From Cystobasidiomycetes sp. EMM_F5 (taxonomy: Eukaryota), in NCBI GenBank assembly GCA_051047955.1, contig JBPGPT010000004.1, positions 124,001-188,000 of the forward strand: DNA of 64,000 bases. The letters run 5' to 3'. Position numbers and translations under genes: made by a program. Under the pieces are notes generated by a model. It made no database searches and was not told the DNA's origin. It saw only the letters and a list, made by a program, of their open reading frames with translations. Every line of letters starts with the position of its first letter. Within the stretch, counting starts at the first letter, position 1. Below, piece by piece: positions 36,749-49,227 of this stretch.

Positions 36749-36919
36749 GGCAGCATAGCGGGTAGCATATTTTGTGCAATTGTCGCCAGAATAACCGGTG
36801 ACGATGTCTGTAAATTGGATATGTAATGGCTCTATCGCTCTTGCCAATACAGACATTGAACAGAGCATGAATGAGTAATTAACAACAAACCACTAGCCTT
36901 CAAGGGCCATACAAGCTAC

Positions 36920-37298
36920 ATGGCAAGGCTCTCTGGCTTGCAAAAGTCGGTACTCCGCCTCTACAAGCGGTCGCTCAAGCTCGTAAAGTCGAAACCGATA
37001 GTGCGCAGCTTTTCGAGATTGGACGAGATGATGCATCAAGCTGATCACGGCAATTTGCTAATAACACCAGGAAACGCGATCCCACTGGTTTCAATTTGTG
37101 TCGCATCAGTTTAGATCTGAAAGCCTCGGGGGAGGGCTCAAGAAGCGAGACACTGCGACCATCGAGTACATGATTAGACGGCACACAAAGATGCTCGAGC
37201 AGTACGAAAGCACTGGGGTGCGCAATGTGAGCCTGCCGCAGAGTGAGCGTAGGTGGGAAGAAGGCTGGATCGCCAAAGGCGGTAAAGAACGGCCATAA
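36920..37298 (+). CDS. SDH6: succinate dehydrogenase assembly factor 1 (LYR-motif protein; 2 exons)
   Basis: MARLSGLQKSVLRLYKRSL...KP|ETRSHWFQFVSHQFR...KKRDTATIEYMIRR. Confidence 0.88.
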
Positions 37299-37465
37299 GC
37301 AACAAAACGGTATACGTGAGATAGCGTGCCGTCAAGGGCAGAGCATGATCGATTTTGGTACTTTACTCCTCTAGATACCAGCCTATCGAGGAAAATCTAC
37401 TACCTTACAAGCATCTGCCAAATCATCAAGCATCGTGCCTTACCGCTGCCGCACGCGAGCTACGC

Positions 37466-40400
37466 CTAAACACAAGCATGGCTATCCTGCGCCATCCTAC
37501 AATCGCGCGAGCAGAATGTCATGTCGCACTTTTGGCATTTCGGAAAGTTGACACCCTGCTTGCCGCACACGGCACATCGAGACTTGACATTGACCCTGCT
37601 CGCAGCTTCGAGTGCTGCTAGGAGCGGGTCGATGCTCACTGCTTTGGCGTAGTGTCCGTCTTCGCCAGGCTGCGCTGAGTGCTCTTCGTCAGCAAGTGGC
37701 GTGGTGTGACCACTCGTATCGGGAGAACGTGCAGGCGTGTGCGTTGTAGGGTCTAGGAAGGTCCTGTTCTTGTTTCGCCGAGGCCTTCGCTCACGCTTCA
37801 AAGACTTTTTCCGAGTAGACGAAGGACTGGGTGGCGGATTTAAGGGTAGCGTGCTGCCTGAAGATGGCAATTGCAGCTGGGACGATGGGATAGACATGGA
37901 TAACGGCAAGCGTGCTCGGCCCGGCGAAGTCGTATTTCTATCGGGAGAAATGGCATAATCCGATCTTAATGGAGATGGGACGTGCACGGCTTTTGTCTGC
38001 GCTCGACGAGGTGGCGTGAACGTGTTGGCTCCAATCGGTTCAGGCGATTCTTCATGACTTTCCTCGTCCGACGCAGCCCTCCAAAAGTCGAGCTGTTCCT
38101 GTATTTCCGCATGAGCTTCGTCATGTCGCTGCACGATGGCTTTGAGGAGGTCGCGAACGTTGTTGCCGCCGTTGTTGACTGAGTCTGCCTGTTCACGATG
38201 CTCGTCACGATCTACAATACTGCCTTCGGAATGAGTATCATCATCGCTGTCGCCTTCTTCTATTGCATCTGCGTAATCGACACTTTTGCCTTTCGTAGAC
38301 TCTGGTATTAAACCGCTCGTCGGACCAAAGAAGTTGCGCAAGCTTGTATAGCTCTTCTGAAAGCCCAACGACACCAAACTTGCAGAACTGTTGGCTGCAC
38401 GTCTTAGCGGCTGGCCACTCAGTAGAGAATGCGCGAGCGAAGGAGATCGATGATTCAGTCTGGCACTAGAATAGTGTGGAAGTGATGTGACTGATGTGTC
38501 ATTACGACGTAGATACATATAACGATCATCGACAGGCGGAGCCAAAGAATATGCCGCAGGCTCATTGACCATTGTGAGTGGGGTCGAAACGGATCTGACG
38601 GACCAGTAGGCAGAACTTTTGCCTGAGCTCTTGGCAAGTTTTGGTAATCTGGGTACGTGAGCTTGTTTAGGCGGCGGTGATGCCAATTGAGAGGCCCGAT
38701 GAAGGACGACTGGCGCAGAGGCGTGTCTTTGCGGACTGTGTAAGCCATGCTGAGTATCAATGGACAGATACGTAGACGATGTCGGCCGTCGCAACTTCCA
38801 TGGCACCTTCATCGTGACATCTGGTCGTGCAGATGTGGTCGATTGGCCTGCATCGTCAGTGGATCGCGTCGCGGATGCTGCAGAAGAATTGCTGTGAGCG
38901 CGTGAACGTATCGTGGAGACAGGAGAATCCGGAATCGAAAATTTGGCGCTCCGGTGATTTCGGCGCCTCGTGCCAGCAGTCTGCACACCCGGATCAGTAT
39001 CTTGATGATCGGATGTGTGGTCACGATTAGCTGTTGAAGAAATAGATGAGGCATCTGGCCGTCCCTGAGCCTTCTCGCAGGCACTGTCAGCTGCGTGCGA
39101 GACATGCTTGTGTTCTCTATCGTGAGAAGATCTCGATCTTGGCCAGTGCGGCATAGCGGAGACGTGCGGAAAGTACCCATGTTTTCCGTTGTCCCCAGAT
39201 AACGGAGGACTCAGCAGCTCACTTGACCGAATGCGATTCCGCTTGACTGACTTCGCGGCGGTGTGAGCTTGCGTAGCTTCGCCAACCAACGGTGTTCGAA
39301 GGTCATAGGGCGAAGCGGGCGGAACGGACTGAGTCTCTAGCATGTCGAGCCTGATCTTGGCTTTGGCAATGATGTCTTCTGCTTCTCTCAAAGCAGAGTT
39401 GCTGCCACTTCCGCCACCCGCACCAGTCTTTGTCTTCGGGCTTTGTGCCCCACTCCCAAGAGCTCCATCTCTGCCAGTCTCTCCTAGTGCGCATATAGTC
39501 TCCCAATATGTCCGTGCTTCGTCGATGTGAGAGTGAGAAAAAGATACAAGGGCAGCAATGTAGTACAAGTAGATCAACACGGCGCGAGCTTGTCGGGCGG
39601 AACTGGCATTCAATGAAGACTTGGATAATTTGGGCGGAAGCTTGGAGAAGGATACGGATTTCTTCATTGCGGCTCGTTGTTGACCATTGGGCATGTTTGG
39701 CGATGGCGAAACAGCATGACTGGTCGGGCTGTAGGTGGGTGGCAACATCGTATGCGCTTCTGTATGAATACCAAGGAGATACTCAATCTTGAAGGCAAGC
39801 GGTTTAGCTATTGCTGCACCTGCATTCCAGATGTCTGAGTGTTTGTCTTCGGCCTTTGATGGTAGAGAAGACGTCAGGATTGGCGAGAGAAGGGGAGCAT
39901 GTCCGTTGGAATGACGGGTCGTGACGTCGTGGGTATCATGTAGACGCTGCTTGCCTTTGGCCATGTGATGTGAGAGTGTGCCAATGATGCCATTCAATGT
40001 TCTGCTATCCTTTCCTCCCGGAGCCTGAATCTTTCCATGCCGATACAAATCGCACAGGCTGCTGCTCAGGTCGAGGATCAGTTCAATGTTGAGCGATGTG
40101 ACGCCGTTGATTGATCCAAGACTGGTATCCATTGACGTGTTTCCCGAATCCGAGTCGAGTGCTTCGCATCGCTTATTCTCGAGCTCTAGACCCATGACCA
40201 AATACTTTGCTGCTTCGAGCGTATCTGCGGGCATACGTTGTCTCCCGTGAGTCTTGTCGTGGTTTGAGTCTTTGCACGATAGGCCTTTTGCGAGTAGACT
40301 GGTCAATGCGTGTAGGTGAGTGGCAGGCAAGCCTAACGACGGCAATGCGCTCACTTTGCTAGTGAAAGGCATGCTGCCGGACTACCGCATCTGACTGCTT

Positions 40401-40857
40401 GTTTGAGCTTGCGCACTGCTGTACGAAAGTCGTGGGAAATGAGTGCCATCTGCGGGATGTTTGCATATTCCATTAGCCAAATGTTTGCAAACGTGCTAGG
40501 GATCCGGCGACAAACCTGCGACTCCCACATGAGCGCATCCTCGTCGTACGCATGTTGCCCATCTCCATCTTCGCTACCGCTACCATCTTCACTGTGCTCG
40601 TCCTCGTTGTCCGACTGTGGATTGTCGTTATCGCTCTGCTCTCGGTCCAGGATAGATCCCAAGAAACCGCGACGGAAGAAGGACGAGGACGGAGCTGGAG
40701 TTGATTGGGCATCAATGACTGCAGCTTGGGACGTCGAAGCTACGCCGTAGCCATTGGCGGACTCTGTTGGAATGGCCTGGCTATTTCCATGAAACCAGCT
40801 GGTCCAGCGAGCTCCAGCTGCGACTGACGGGGAGACTACCTTTGGCGCTGAAGCCAT
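37466..40857 (-). CDS. large mostly disordered protein with C-terminal MYND-like zinc finger
   Basis: Ends CAVCGKQGVNFPKCQKCDMTFCSRDCRMAQDSHACV; short helical TPR/SEL1-like segments near the N-terminus; ORFs 40351..40857 and 37466..40372 joined by introns. Confidence 0.75.
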
Positions 40858-41061
40858 AGCTGGGGGCTGTGTATGCCAGCAGCAGTATCGTATATCATAT
40901 CCGCAACCAGGTGTGCGACATTGTTTAAAACTCAGAGTTTGCGTCGGTTGAAGCCAGCCTTAAGCGTCACGAAGGACTTGGCCTTTTCGAAACAGGACCA
41001 TCTGTCGCAATTACAAATTTGCTAATGAACGGCTTGAAAACATAATCAACGCATTAGAAAC

Positions 41062-42270
41062 ATGAACCGCAACCTGGAATCCCTGCTCCGGTGGAGTGAG
41101 CGAGCTTAGCTTCAAGGAACTTCATATATAGCTTGAGCTGACATGAAGTTACGATGTTGCGATGGTTTGGCTGACTAGGCGTGGAGAACTCGCAGCAGTC
41201 TGGGCAGTCTGGATCAACAGCTGTAGCGCCAGTGGAAAGTGATGGCAGCGCTGAAGTAGTGAATACTGCAGACTCGGCAGCCCCAGCCACGGCGTCATCG
41301 TCAAAGAACAAGTTGGATCCAGGCATTATCGACGCAATACTCGGCAAGAGCGATGCACAGCGGATGAAGGAGTGCGTGCAAGACTTGCAGAGCGAGTCCA
41401 TGGCGCTGGACGACAAGCTCGTTCGTTGGGATGAGCTGGAATTGGTGGGAGACGATATATACAACGTCCTGTATGCTCAACGCTCAATATAGACCCACAG
41501 CTCGTGGAAAGCCTTGATAACGCAAATGACCTCGAAAACATGAAGCTATGGCAGCCTATATTCAGCTTTTTATCAGATCCAAACGAGCAGATGCGATTAC
41601 AGGCTGCATGGGTTTTAGGGACGGCCATTCAGGTAGCTAATACATCGATTGTCACAGATTGCTGCTGATCGTCTATGTTTGCCATCAGAATAATCCCCGC
41701 TCGCAATCCGCCTTCTTTGCCCTCGACCCTCTGCCAACATTACTCGACGCTCTGCGCAACGAACAATCGTCTGAAGTGCGGAGTAAGCTAATGTATACTC
41801 TATCTGGTGTATTACGACACAACTCGCCAGCCGTAACCAACTTCTCCGGCCTCGGTGGATGGGGCGTACTACGTTCATGTCTAAGCGAAGATCCTTCGTT
41901 AACGATACGTAGAAAGACTGCCTTTCTGCTCAACTCGCTCTTTGTACACTCCACCACACTCGAAGAATCTCAGTCATCTATAGACCACGCGCAAAAGGAT
42001 GGCGTAGTGGATGCGCTCATTGATGGATTGGACAGAGATACAGCTACACCAGCAGGACTCGATGGCGAAGTAGAGGATATCGATCAAGACCTTGCAGAAA
42101 AGGCGTTGCAAGCACTCGTCTCCATTTCGCAATTGTCTGTACGCAATCCAGTCTTTACGGACAGTCAGCGGGAAAAGCTGCGAAAAGTAACGGCAGGTCT
42201 CGATAAAGATAAAGGAAGACCTGGAGATATCGCACAGTCTGAATGGACAGCCTTCGTGTCGTCGCTGTAA
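41062..42270 (+). CDS. FES1: Hsp70 nucleotide exchange factor Fes1 (multi-exon)
   Basis: MNRNLESLLRW, DAILGKSDAQRMKE, LVESLDNANDLENMKLWQP, AAWVLGTAIQ|NNPRSQ, VRSKLMYTLSGVLRHN. Confidence 0.92.
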
Positions 42271-42529
42271 TACAGCTAGCTGTTTGATAAAGCTGGTCAC
42301 ATAATCAGTCTGGCGGCCTCACTAGGATGCATTATGTGTGTGTCTGAAAAGGCTACAACGAATGGAGTAACGTATCGAACATTGCGCGGAACGCACCAGA
42401 TTTCGTTTAACGTAAGCGTACTCTTAATACCGGAGGATGTGGGGCAATGTAATTGTGTCCATGCGTAAAGTGCGTCATGCGAGCGTAATTATGAACATGA
42501 CAGTCGGAAAAGAGCAATCGGAGTCCCAG

Positions 42530-45151
42530 TCAAGAAAAAAGATCTGCCAGAGGTTTGCGCGAAGGTGATGGAGATGCTCTTCGTGGACTTCGAGGCGGGA
42601 TATGCGGCAGTGGCTCGCCCGTTAACCAGGGAGAATCTGGTTCATCGAAATCACCTCCACCTCCTCTCGAGGCTGAAGGCACTTGCAGTTGACTTCGTCG
42701 CACCCTTCTCGCTCTGTCCCTCTCTGACGAAGCGCCGATGACCGTCTGTACTTGTTGTAATTTGCGGAATTCTCCGAACTCTGTGTGTCGCGAGACGCAT
42801 GAGAAGGTGATCTACCGCTCGAACTACCGTCCGACCGCTCCTTCTTTCGTATCGAGAGGGGTGCCACACTACGTTTGCTGTTTGATCGGCTGGAAGTGGT
42901 ATTGCTTGCGCTGTCCGAGTGTGATGATCGCGATTTCGACCGGGACCGAGTTCGTGCGGTATGTATGCCATCACTGACAGAAGCTGCTGCTTCCATGATG
43001 GACATTGAAGATAGACCCGTCATTCTGCTGATTGGTCTAGCAGCACCTGTCAGCCTCTGTGGGTATTGCAGTCGGATATATCATTGCTGTACTTACTTGC
43101 TTAAGGAAGCCTTGTTCCAGCGCTTGGGTTCACCAGATTTTCGAGCTGCCGTCGCAGGAGCAGTCACGGTGGATTCGCTCTCACCACGACTACCTGGTGA
43201 TCCAACTGGCGCAAGGAAACTACGGCTTTCCTCATTGTCGTCGCCTTCGTCGTCGCTGAATAACATCATCGGTCCATACGATTGTTGGGATCCGCCAACT
43301 ACAGAGCTTGATGGTTGTGACCTATGTACGACAAAGTCCCATCAGCAAGGTGATTAAAGGAGGTCTGTTCTTATGGTGTACTCACGCTTGTCCAGTATAT
43401 GATCCCTCTCCACGCTCTTCGTCAGGCGGCTGCGTGGGGACATTGAACAAAGGGATCTGCAGACGCCTTCGTAGTCTTTCCGTCCTAGATTCGTTTGAAT
43501 GCGTCTCTTCATCGATAGATGCGTTGTCATCGCTGAGGCGGCTGGAAGCGGATACAAACGATTGATGCCGCGAACGCCGTCCAGGTCGACCACTCGAGAC
43601 CACTGCGCTAGGGCTATCTACATGCCCGACACCGGTCTCGTCACTGTCTGGTCCCAAGATGCTCGCCGCGCTCTGCGACGGCACTCGAGAAGGCGTCCGT
43701 TTCGGTGACGAGAAAAACTTTCCAAAACCTAATGAGCCGCTCGATTGACCAGACCCTGAACCAGAACCCGCTCTTTTGGTCGCAGACGGGGAAGAAAGGG
43801 TGCCATCGGTCGGCCCAAAATCCGACGGACGGCCGAGTCCAACCAATGGGTTGTTCAAGGGAATCGTACGGCGATCCGATGGTACCGAAGGCGGTGGACT
43901 GTAAAACAAGTTCTCCCCGGTTGGAACGGCAGACTGTGAGCTATTCCCTCCGCCGCTCCTGCTTCCGTTTCCACTGCCTCCGGCGCCTGGTCCTGGTCCC
44001 GAAGGTCCGCCAGGCCCACCGCTGCTTCCACCGCTGCCGTTGTCTCCATCTTCTGGCGGTTTGCGACCGTGTTGGAATCCGGCAAAATGACTTGCTCGTG
44101 TGCTAGTCGAACCTGATTGCGCAGTAGATTGATGGGTAGACGCGCTGACATGCCGATTGTCCGCAGTGACGGCAGCCAAAGCGGCTCCTGGTGTGTGTAT
44201 TCTGGAGGTACCACTTGGTCCTGCGATCGCAGAGACTGGCATACCTGCCTCGTCATCGCGGTAGCTCATCAAATTTTCCATTTCGCCAAACTGATCGTGG
44301 TGCGCCCCTGCTTGAGAGGTACTTGCCGTCCTGTGAGCAGGCACAAATTCTGTACCACCAGAGCGATATGGTGCCGAAGATGCTCCGCCTGCACCTGGAT
44401 CATCGGGACCGCTATTTGCAAGGCGTGCGCCTTTACGACGGCGCAAGAGACAAGCTGCAAGGAGCAGACCTATCAAACACAATAGGGCAAATGTGCCTAT
44501 AGTGATGGCTGCAATGAAGCCCGTCGACAAAGACGAGCCTCTCGCTGATATGCTGGGCAAGGCAGCCAGGCTTGTCGATGTCGATGAAAGAGTTGTAGTA
44601 CTGGAATCATCGATGTCTGAAGGTGTAGTTGTAGAACTGCTCGGACGTGATGTCGCAGAGCTACGTGAGGAAGATGCTGCTCCTGTGGAACTTGCAAGGC
44701 TATTACTCGTTCTGGATGGGCTGGCTGACGCGGCTGTGCTTGCCGTATTACGGGAGGGTGACCCAGAGCGAGAAGATGAAGTGTCAACTGCTGCGGACGC
44801 TCGAGAGCGACTGGAAGCAACCATTGTGGCCGAAGACCCATTCGAGGTGGAAGCGGCAATTACTGGAGGCATGCTGGATTGTATGTTCGACATACGAGGC
44901 CCGGACGTGACTGCAGAGATTGACGGTGCGATGGTCGCAGTGCCTCCGATCCTGGTTAAGCCAGTAGGTCCTCCTACGATGGATACATATGTGCCAATAT
45001 CAGGATTTGCACCCGCGTTGACCCAAGGCCACGTCAAGCCGGGTATGCTGGCCCCAGAATAGGTTTGCGGGAACGCAAGCGTGACTATAGTGTAGACGTT
45101 TGGCGCAAGCTGTATTGTGGTTCTTGACATCCATGATGGAAGAGCTGCCAT
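42530..45151 (-). CDS. single-pass membrane protein with Ser/Thr-rich ectodomain (Mid2/mucin-like architecture)
   Basis: Ser/Thr-rich tract, TM helix GFIAAITIGTFALLCLIGLLLAACLL followed by RRRK, long low-complexity tail; 3' exon model uncertain (alternative stop at 42622). Confidence 0.72.
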
Positions 45152-45786
45152 TGGAGTTTCGGCGTAGATGGGTGGCAGCCGGCAGCAAGTCAGCAAAGCA
45201 CAATGCGTCGATATTTTTTAACGCAACTTACGCTGAACAGGTTGACCATCCATGGACATGCGTGAAAGTCGGTAAAAGTTCGTAAAGCGTCGTCGTTAAG
45301 AGCCGTAGTCCGAACGTCGGATCCGTAAAGTCGTTCAGGCTGTGCTGCTTGTCTCAAATCCTCGTTTCCCCATTCCTCAGCAGTGACATAGATGCATATG
45401 TATCGCAGAGTGTCGTTGGGTATGTGAGACTCCGCTTGCGTATCATGCGGACTTTATGCTATCCGCCCGAAGCCAGAGCTCAGTCCACGGCCACCAGACG
45501 AGCAGGGTCGCAGCAGTCTAGCCAGCTATGACTTCGATTGTGCCGGCCTTGACGCAGTAACAGATTGAGGCTGCACCAAGCCAGTGCGACCAGCACAACA
45601 ATCACGACATCGTCCAGCAATCGCGTAGTCACGCGAGGGTGATCAGAGACATCGTGGATCGTTGTAACGGTTTTAATCAGAATTTGCAGCATTGCTTGAC
45701 AACCAACCGTGTCGCGACTGCGCATGGCGATGACCGTGCATGGGGCCGTCGAGTCGTAGAATGGCAGCATCGAGGCTTGCGGTCGC

Positions 45787-46803
45787 TCACACTGGCTCCG
45801 AAGCTTGTTCAGTCGCAGCCTCAAGCTCTGATGCGGAGAGTTGCCTCAGAACTTCCGCTTCCGTCGCCATTTGTAGGCCAAGCTCCTGCATGTAGAGGAC
45901 AGAAGGTATTAGCCGTTGCTGATCTGCAATAGCACATACAATTCCAAGCAGCCCGCACCTTTACCGCTCGCAGTCCCGTTGCCATGTCTGCTAGCAATTT
46001 CTCCTGCGGCATGCGAAAGCACTCGAGGTTGATACGGACGATGTAAGAGTGACCCTGCAGTAGCCACTCGTGCGGTCCGGCCGGTCCGGTCACGTATGCC
46101 TTCTTTCCGCTGTCGTAACGCAAGCCGTACTGCAATAGCAAGCGGACGGTGTGTCGCACACGCTGAGCAGCTACATGGCGTACGCTGGCGAGCCGATGGA
46201 CATCCTTCTTGCTCGTGAAAATCGTCAATGCCATTTCGTATGTCTTGCTTTTTTGGGGCAAGGACGCTGTGACTTCGGTTACGGTTTCGGGCGGTAGCAG
46301 GCCAGAGCGGATCATTCGCCGCTCCAATGTCCTGGGAGGCGTAAGATGTTCTGCACTTGGTGTCCTGGGCTGAGGAAATGACAGCGGCTTTTTCAAGTTT
46401 GCTGATTTCAAGCTGGAAGGTTTGTGGACCCGCAGCGAGAAATACTCGCAACTCCACGCGGGCAAGTCTGTCTGGAAGCGTCGAGGAGCCTTCACAAAGT
46501 ACGCTTGAGGCTGAGCTTGAATTTTGGGCAAGTCAGCGATAATGGTCGCACTTAGCGGCGCGTAAATGGGTTCGCTTCGAAACTGCAGAAACGGATGATA
46601 ATGAGTGAGACTTAAGTAAATGGCAGGCAGGGCTATGTCTCGCCAGCTACCTTGACGTGCCATGGCGTTTCTGGCAGGTTAGCCAGGTTTACAACGACGT
46701 CTTGAATATGAGCTTTCTCGACTCGGTTCGCCAAGTGACGCATCACATATCCAGCTTGCCGGCGGGCAGTAAGGGCTTTGCTGCGAATGGTTGAGTGGAA
46801 CAT
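45787..46803 (-). CDS. putative mitochondrial protein with RnpA (bacterial RNase P protein)-like segment (3 exons)
   Basis: Presequence-like MFHSTIRSKALTARRQAGYVMRHLANR; core LTIFTSKKDVHRLASVRHVAAQRVRHTVRLLL...WLLQGHSYIVRINLECFRMPQEKLLADM; introns near 46590-46650 and 45886-45958. Confidence 0.5.
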
Positions 46804-46954
46804 GATCTGGCATTATAGTCATGAAAAAAGCACGGTCGCACTGTGACAGTCTGGCTTTGAAGCCGGGTCAGAGGAAATGCTCGAAAATGTAGATCAAAAA
46901 TCACAGCCAACACAACTCAAGCGCTTATGTAATATGTATTCGATGATAATACGG

Positions 46955-48574
46955 CTACAGGTTGACATTCATTCCCTCCAGCTCGCGGAGCACCTCCATT
47001 GCTGAAGGTCTTGCTTTCGGCTCTGCCGAGAGCATTCGTTGAAGCAGTCTCCTGAGCTTATGCGAGACGATGGCACTCTTGCTGAGGTACATCTGAACAG
47101 GCGTATTGTCTTCAGGATATATCGCGCTTGCGGAAGCAGCGTGAAGCATGAACTTGTGACCGTCGTCCAACAGGTTTGATGGCACATTCAGCTCGCATAT
47201 GGTAAGCTCGTGGTCATTGCCCAACAGGCTCAAGTACTGGTCGGGCAACTGTATCTTCGAAAGCTCTATAGTACGTTGCGAGGCCGGAGCCAGACTTGAA
47301 GCACAGCATCCGGCAGCCGAAACACGTGGATATGAAGCCGAATCCTCTAGTTTGTCCAGTCGACGCCGCTCTGCCCACTCCCAAGCGTTTCCTTTACTGA
47401 GATGCGAATGCAGCTCAACCATCTGGCTGGTAGCGCTGGCTCGTGCCGCAAGTCGTGAAGATTTGGTAAGAGTACTAGGCCTGGAGGATTCGCCGGGTAC
47501 CAAGGTCGCGTACGGCTCTTCGCCCGTGATCATAAACAACAGAGTAAGGCCGGCCGCAAATAAGTCCACTCCGCACGAGAATGGCTGAGGCGGAAGTCGT
47601 ACAAGTTCGGGTGCAGAATATTGTGTAGTTCCGATGGCAATGCCATCCTTTGCGGCTGACGGAGGAAAGACGCTCGACGAAAAATCGCAGAGGCTCAAGT
47701 GAAAAGCACTGTCAATCTGGTTAAGTGGCGCTCAGTCAATCTAACCGGCGTTGAATTAGCAATGACTGACCAGACAATTTTGAGGTTTTACATCGCCATG
47801 GATAATGTAACGTGCATGAATTTGACTTAACGCACGCATGAGATCGATTGCCATGTGTAGAAACATGCGCTCGCCCATCACGCTCCGACCGTGTTGCTTG
47901 GCGAAATGGAACAGGTTGCCCAGACGATGATACGTCGAGAGTAGAACGAGCTGACGACTGGCTTGTCTCAACTGTGCAGAAGTCTGAGAATCGACATCGC
48001 GCTCCTTTTCGGCGGGCCTACTGCTGATTGTTGCAGATCTCTGTGGGATAGAGCTGGCTAGAGACAGTCGACGCATGCGACCCTCTGTGGGTGTTGAAGG
48101 CGTGGATATGGACATGGCCCTCTGACGACAACGTGCTGAGGATGCCGTTTCGGCGCTGGTACCATTCTCGCTGGACTCATCCTTCAATGCAATATACCGA
48201 AGTACGCCCTGGCAGCCGCGAAGCTTGGACAGTAAGAAGGCTTCGTGTATTCCAGCGATTTGCGATTCAGCGTCACCCGTAAACTGCTTTGCGGCGCACA
48301 ATTGCCAGATCTCATTCGGCTCTGTGCGGTAGATGGCCAGGAAGGCTGACGCATGGCGACCACTGCCGAGGATGTGATCTTTCAGGATGACCAGCTGCAG
48401 GCTGTGAGACAGAGGGACTCTCTCCTCCTCGTCCCCGTCGACAAGCTCGTCAGCTGGCTTTTCAGACACGAGCCTCGTCAAGGCCGGTCTGGCTTTCGGG
48501 GCGGGGGCAGGGAGGGTCCATGTGGTGTTGAAGATGTCATTCTTGCTGCTGCTGCTGCTGCTATCACTGACCAT
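46955..48574 (-). CDS. divergent protein kinase (non-RD)
   Basis: LGSGRHA, CAAKQF, HEAFLL, IIHGDVKPQNCL, LCDFSSS, GTTQYSAPEL, VDLFAAGL, RMLSAEPKARPSA; 5' end uncertain. Confidence 0.85.
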
Positions 48575-49227
48575 GTCATCTTGGGTGCGTCTTGGTCAAA
48601 GGCAGCGATGATGGCCAGTCGCAGAACACGTGCACCAACGATCGGCCAATCTACTATCTCCGACAGCAACGGCGCTAAGGAAGTTGCCTGCTTTTCTGCT
48701 TCTGCGATGCGAATCCCTCGTCTTTTGCGACCATCATGCTGAGATCCATCCACCATGCTCTGTGCGCGGGCCTAGATGGCAGATCATAACGGTCACGGCC
48801 GACTGCTTCAAGGCCTAGACTTGCCGGTACCTGCCATAAGCGTCCTAGACAATCGTAGAAGTTGGGATATTTATACGGTTGTTATTATTCGATAACAATA
48901 ACGAAAGCTCCTCGCTAATCCAAAAGGTGGTCGAGCTTACAAGACCCGTAACTAATGTGCTGGTTCAAAGCGCAGATGCTTACCTCATGACCGGCGCACC
49001 AACGGAGTACTGACATCCGCGCTGCTAAACTATGACCGCAACATCTTGACAGCTTCTCCAGGCTTGCGTCCAGCTCATGCTCCTTCCTGTCAGGTGACCC
49101 AAGCACTAAGCCAACTCACTGGCAGCTCTATTCTGCCGTTCATGCGACAAGAGAGCGTTGGCAAGACAAACAGGAGACTCCCCAGACAGGAGCATACGGA
49201 CACCCGTAGTTGGGATATACGTGAAGA

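Noticed and set aside
14942..46803. POP7 and the RnpA-like gene as an RNase P cluster
   Set aside because: About 30 kb and many unrelated genes apart, and different compartments; no RNase P RNA recognised
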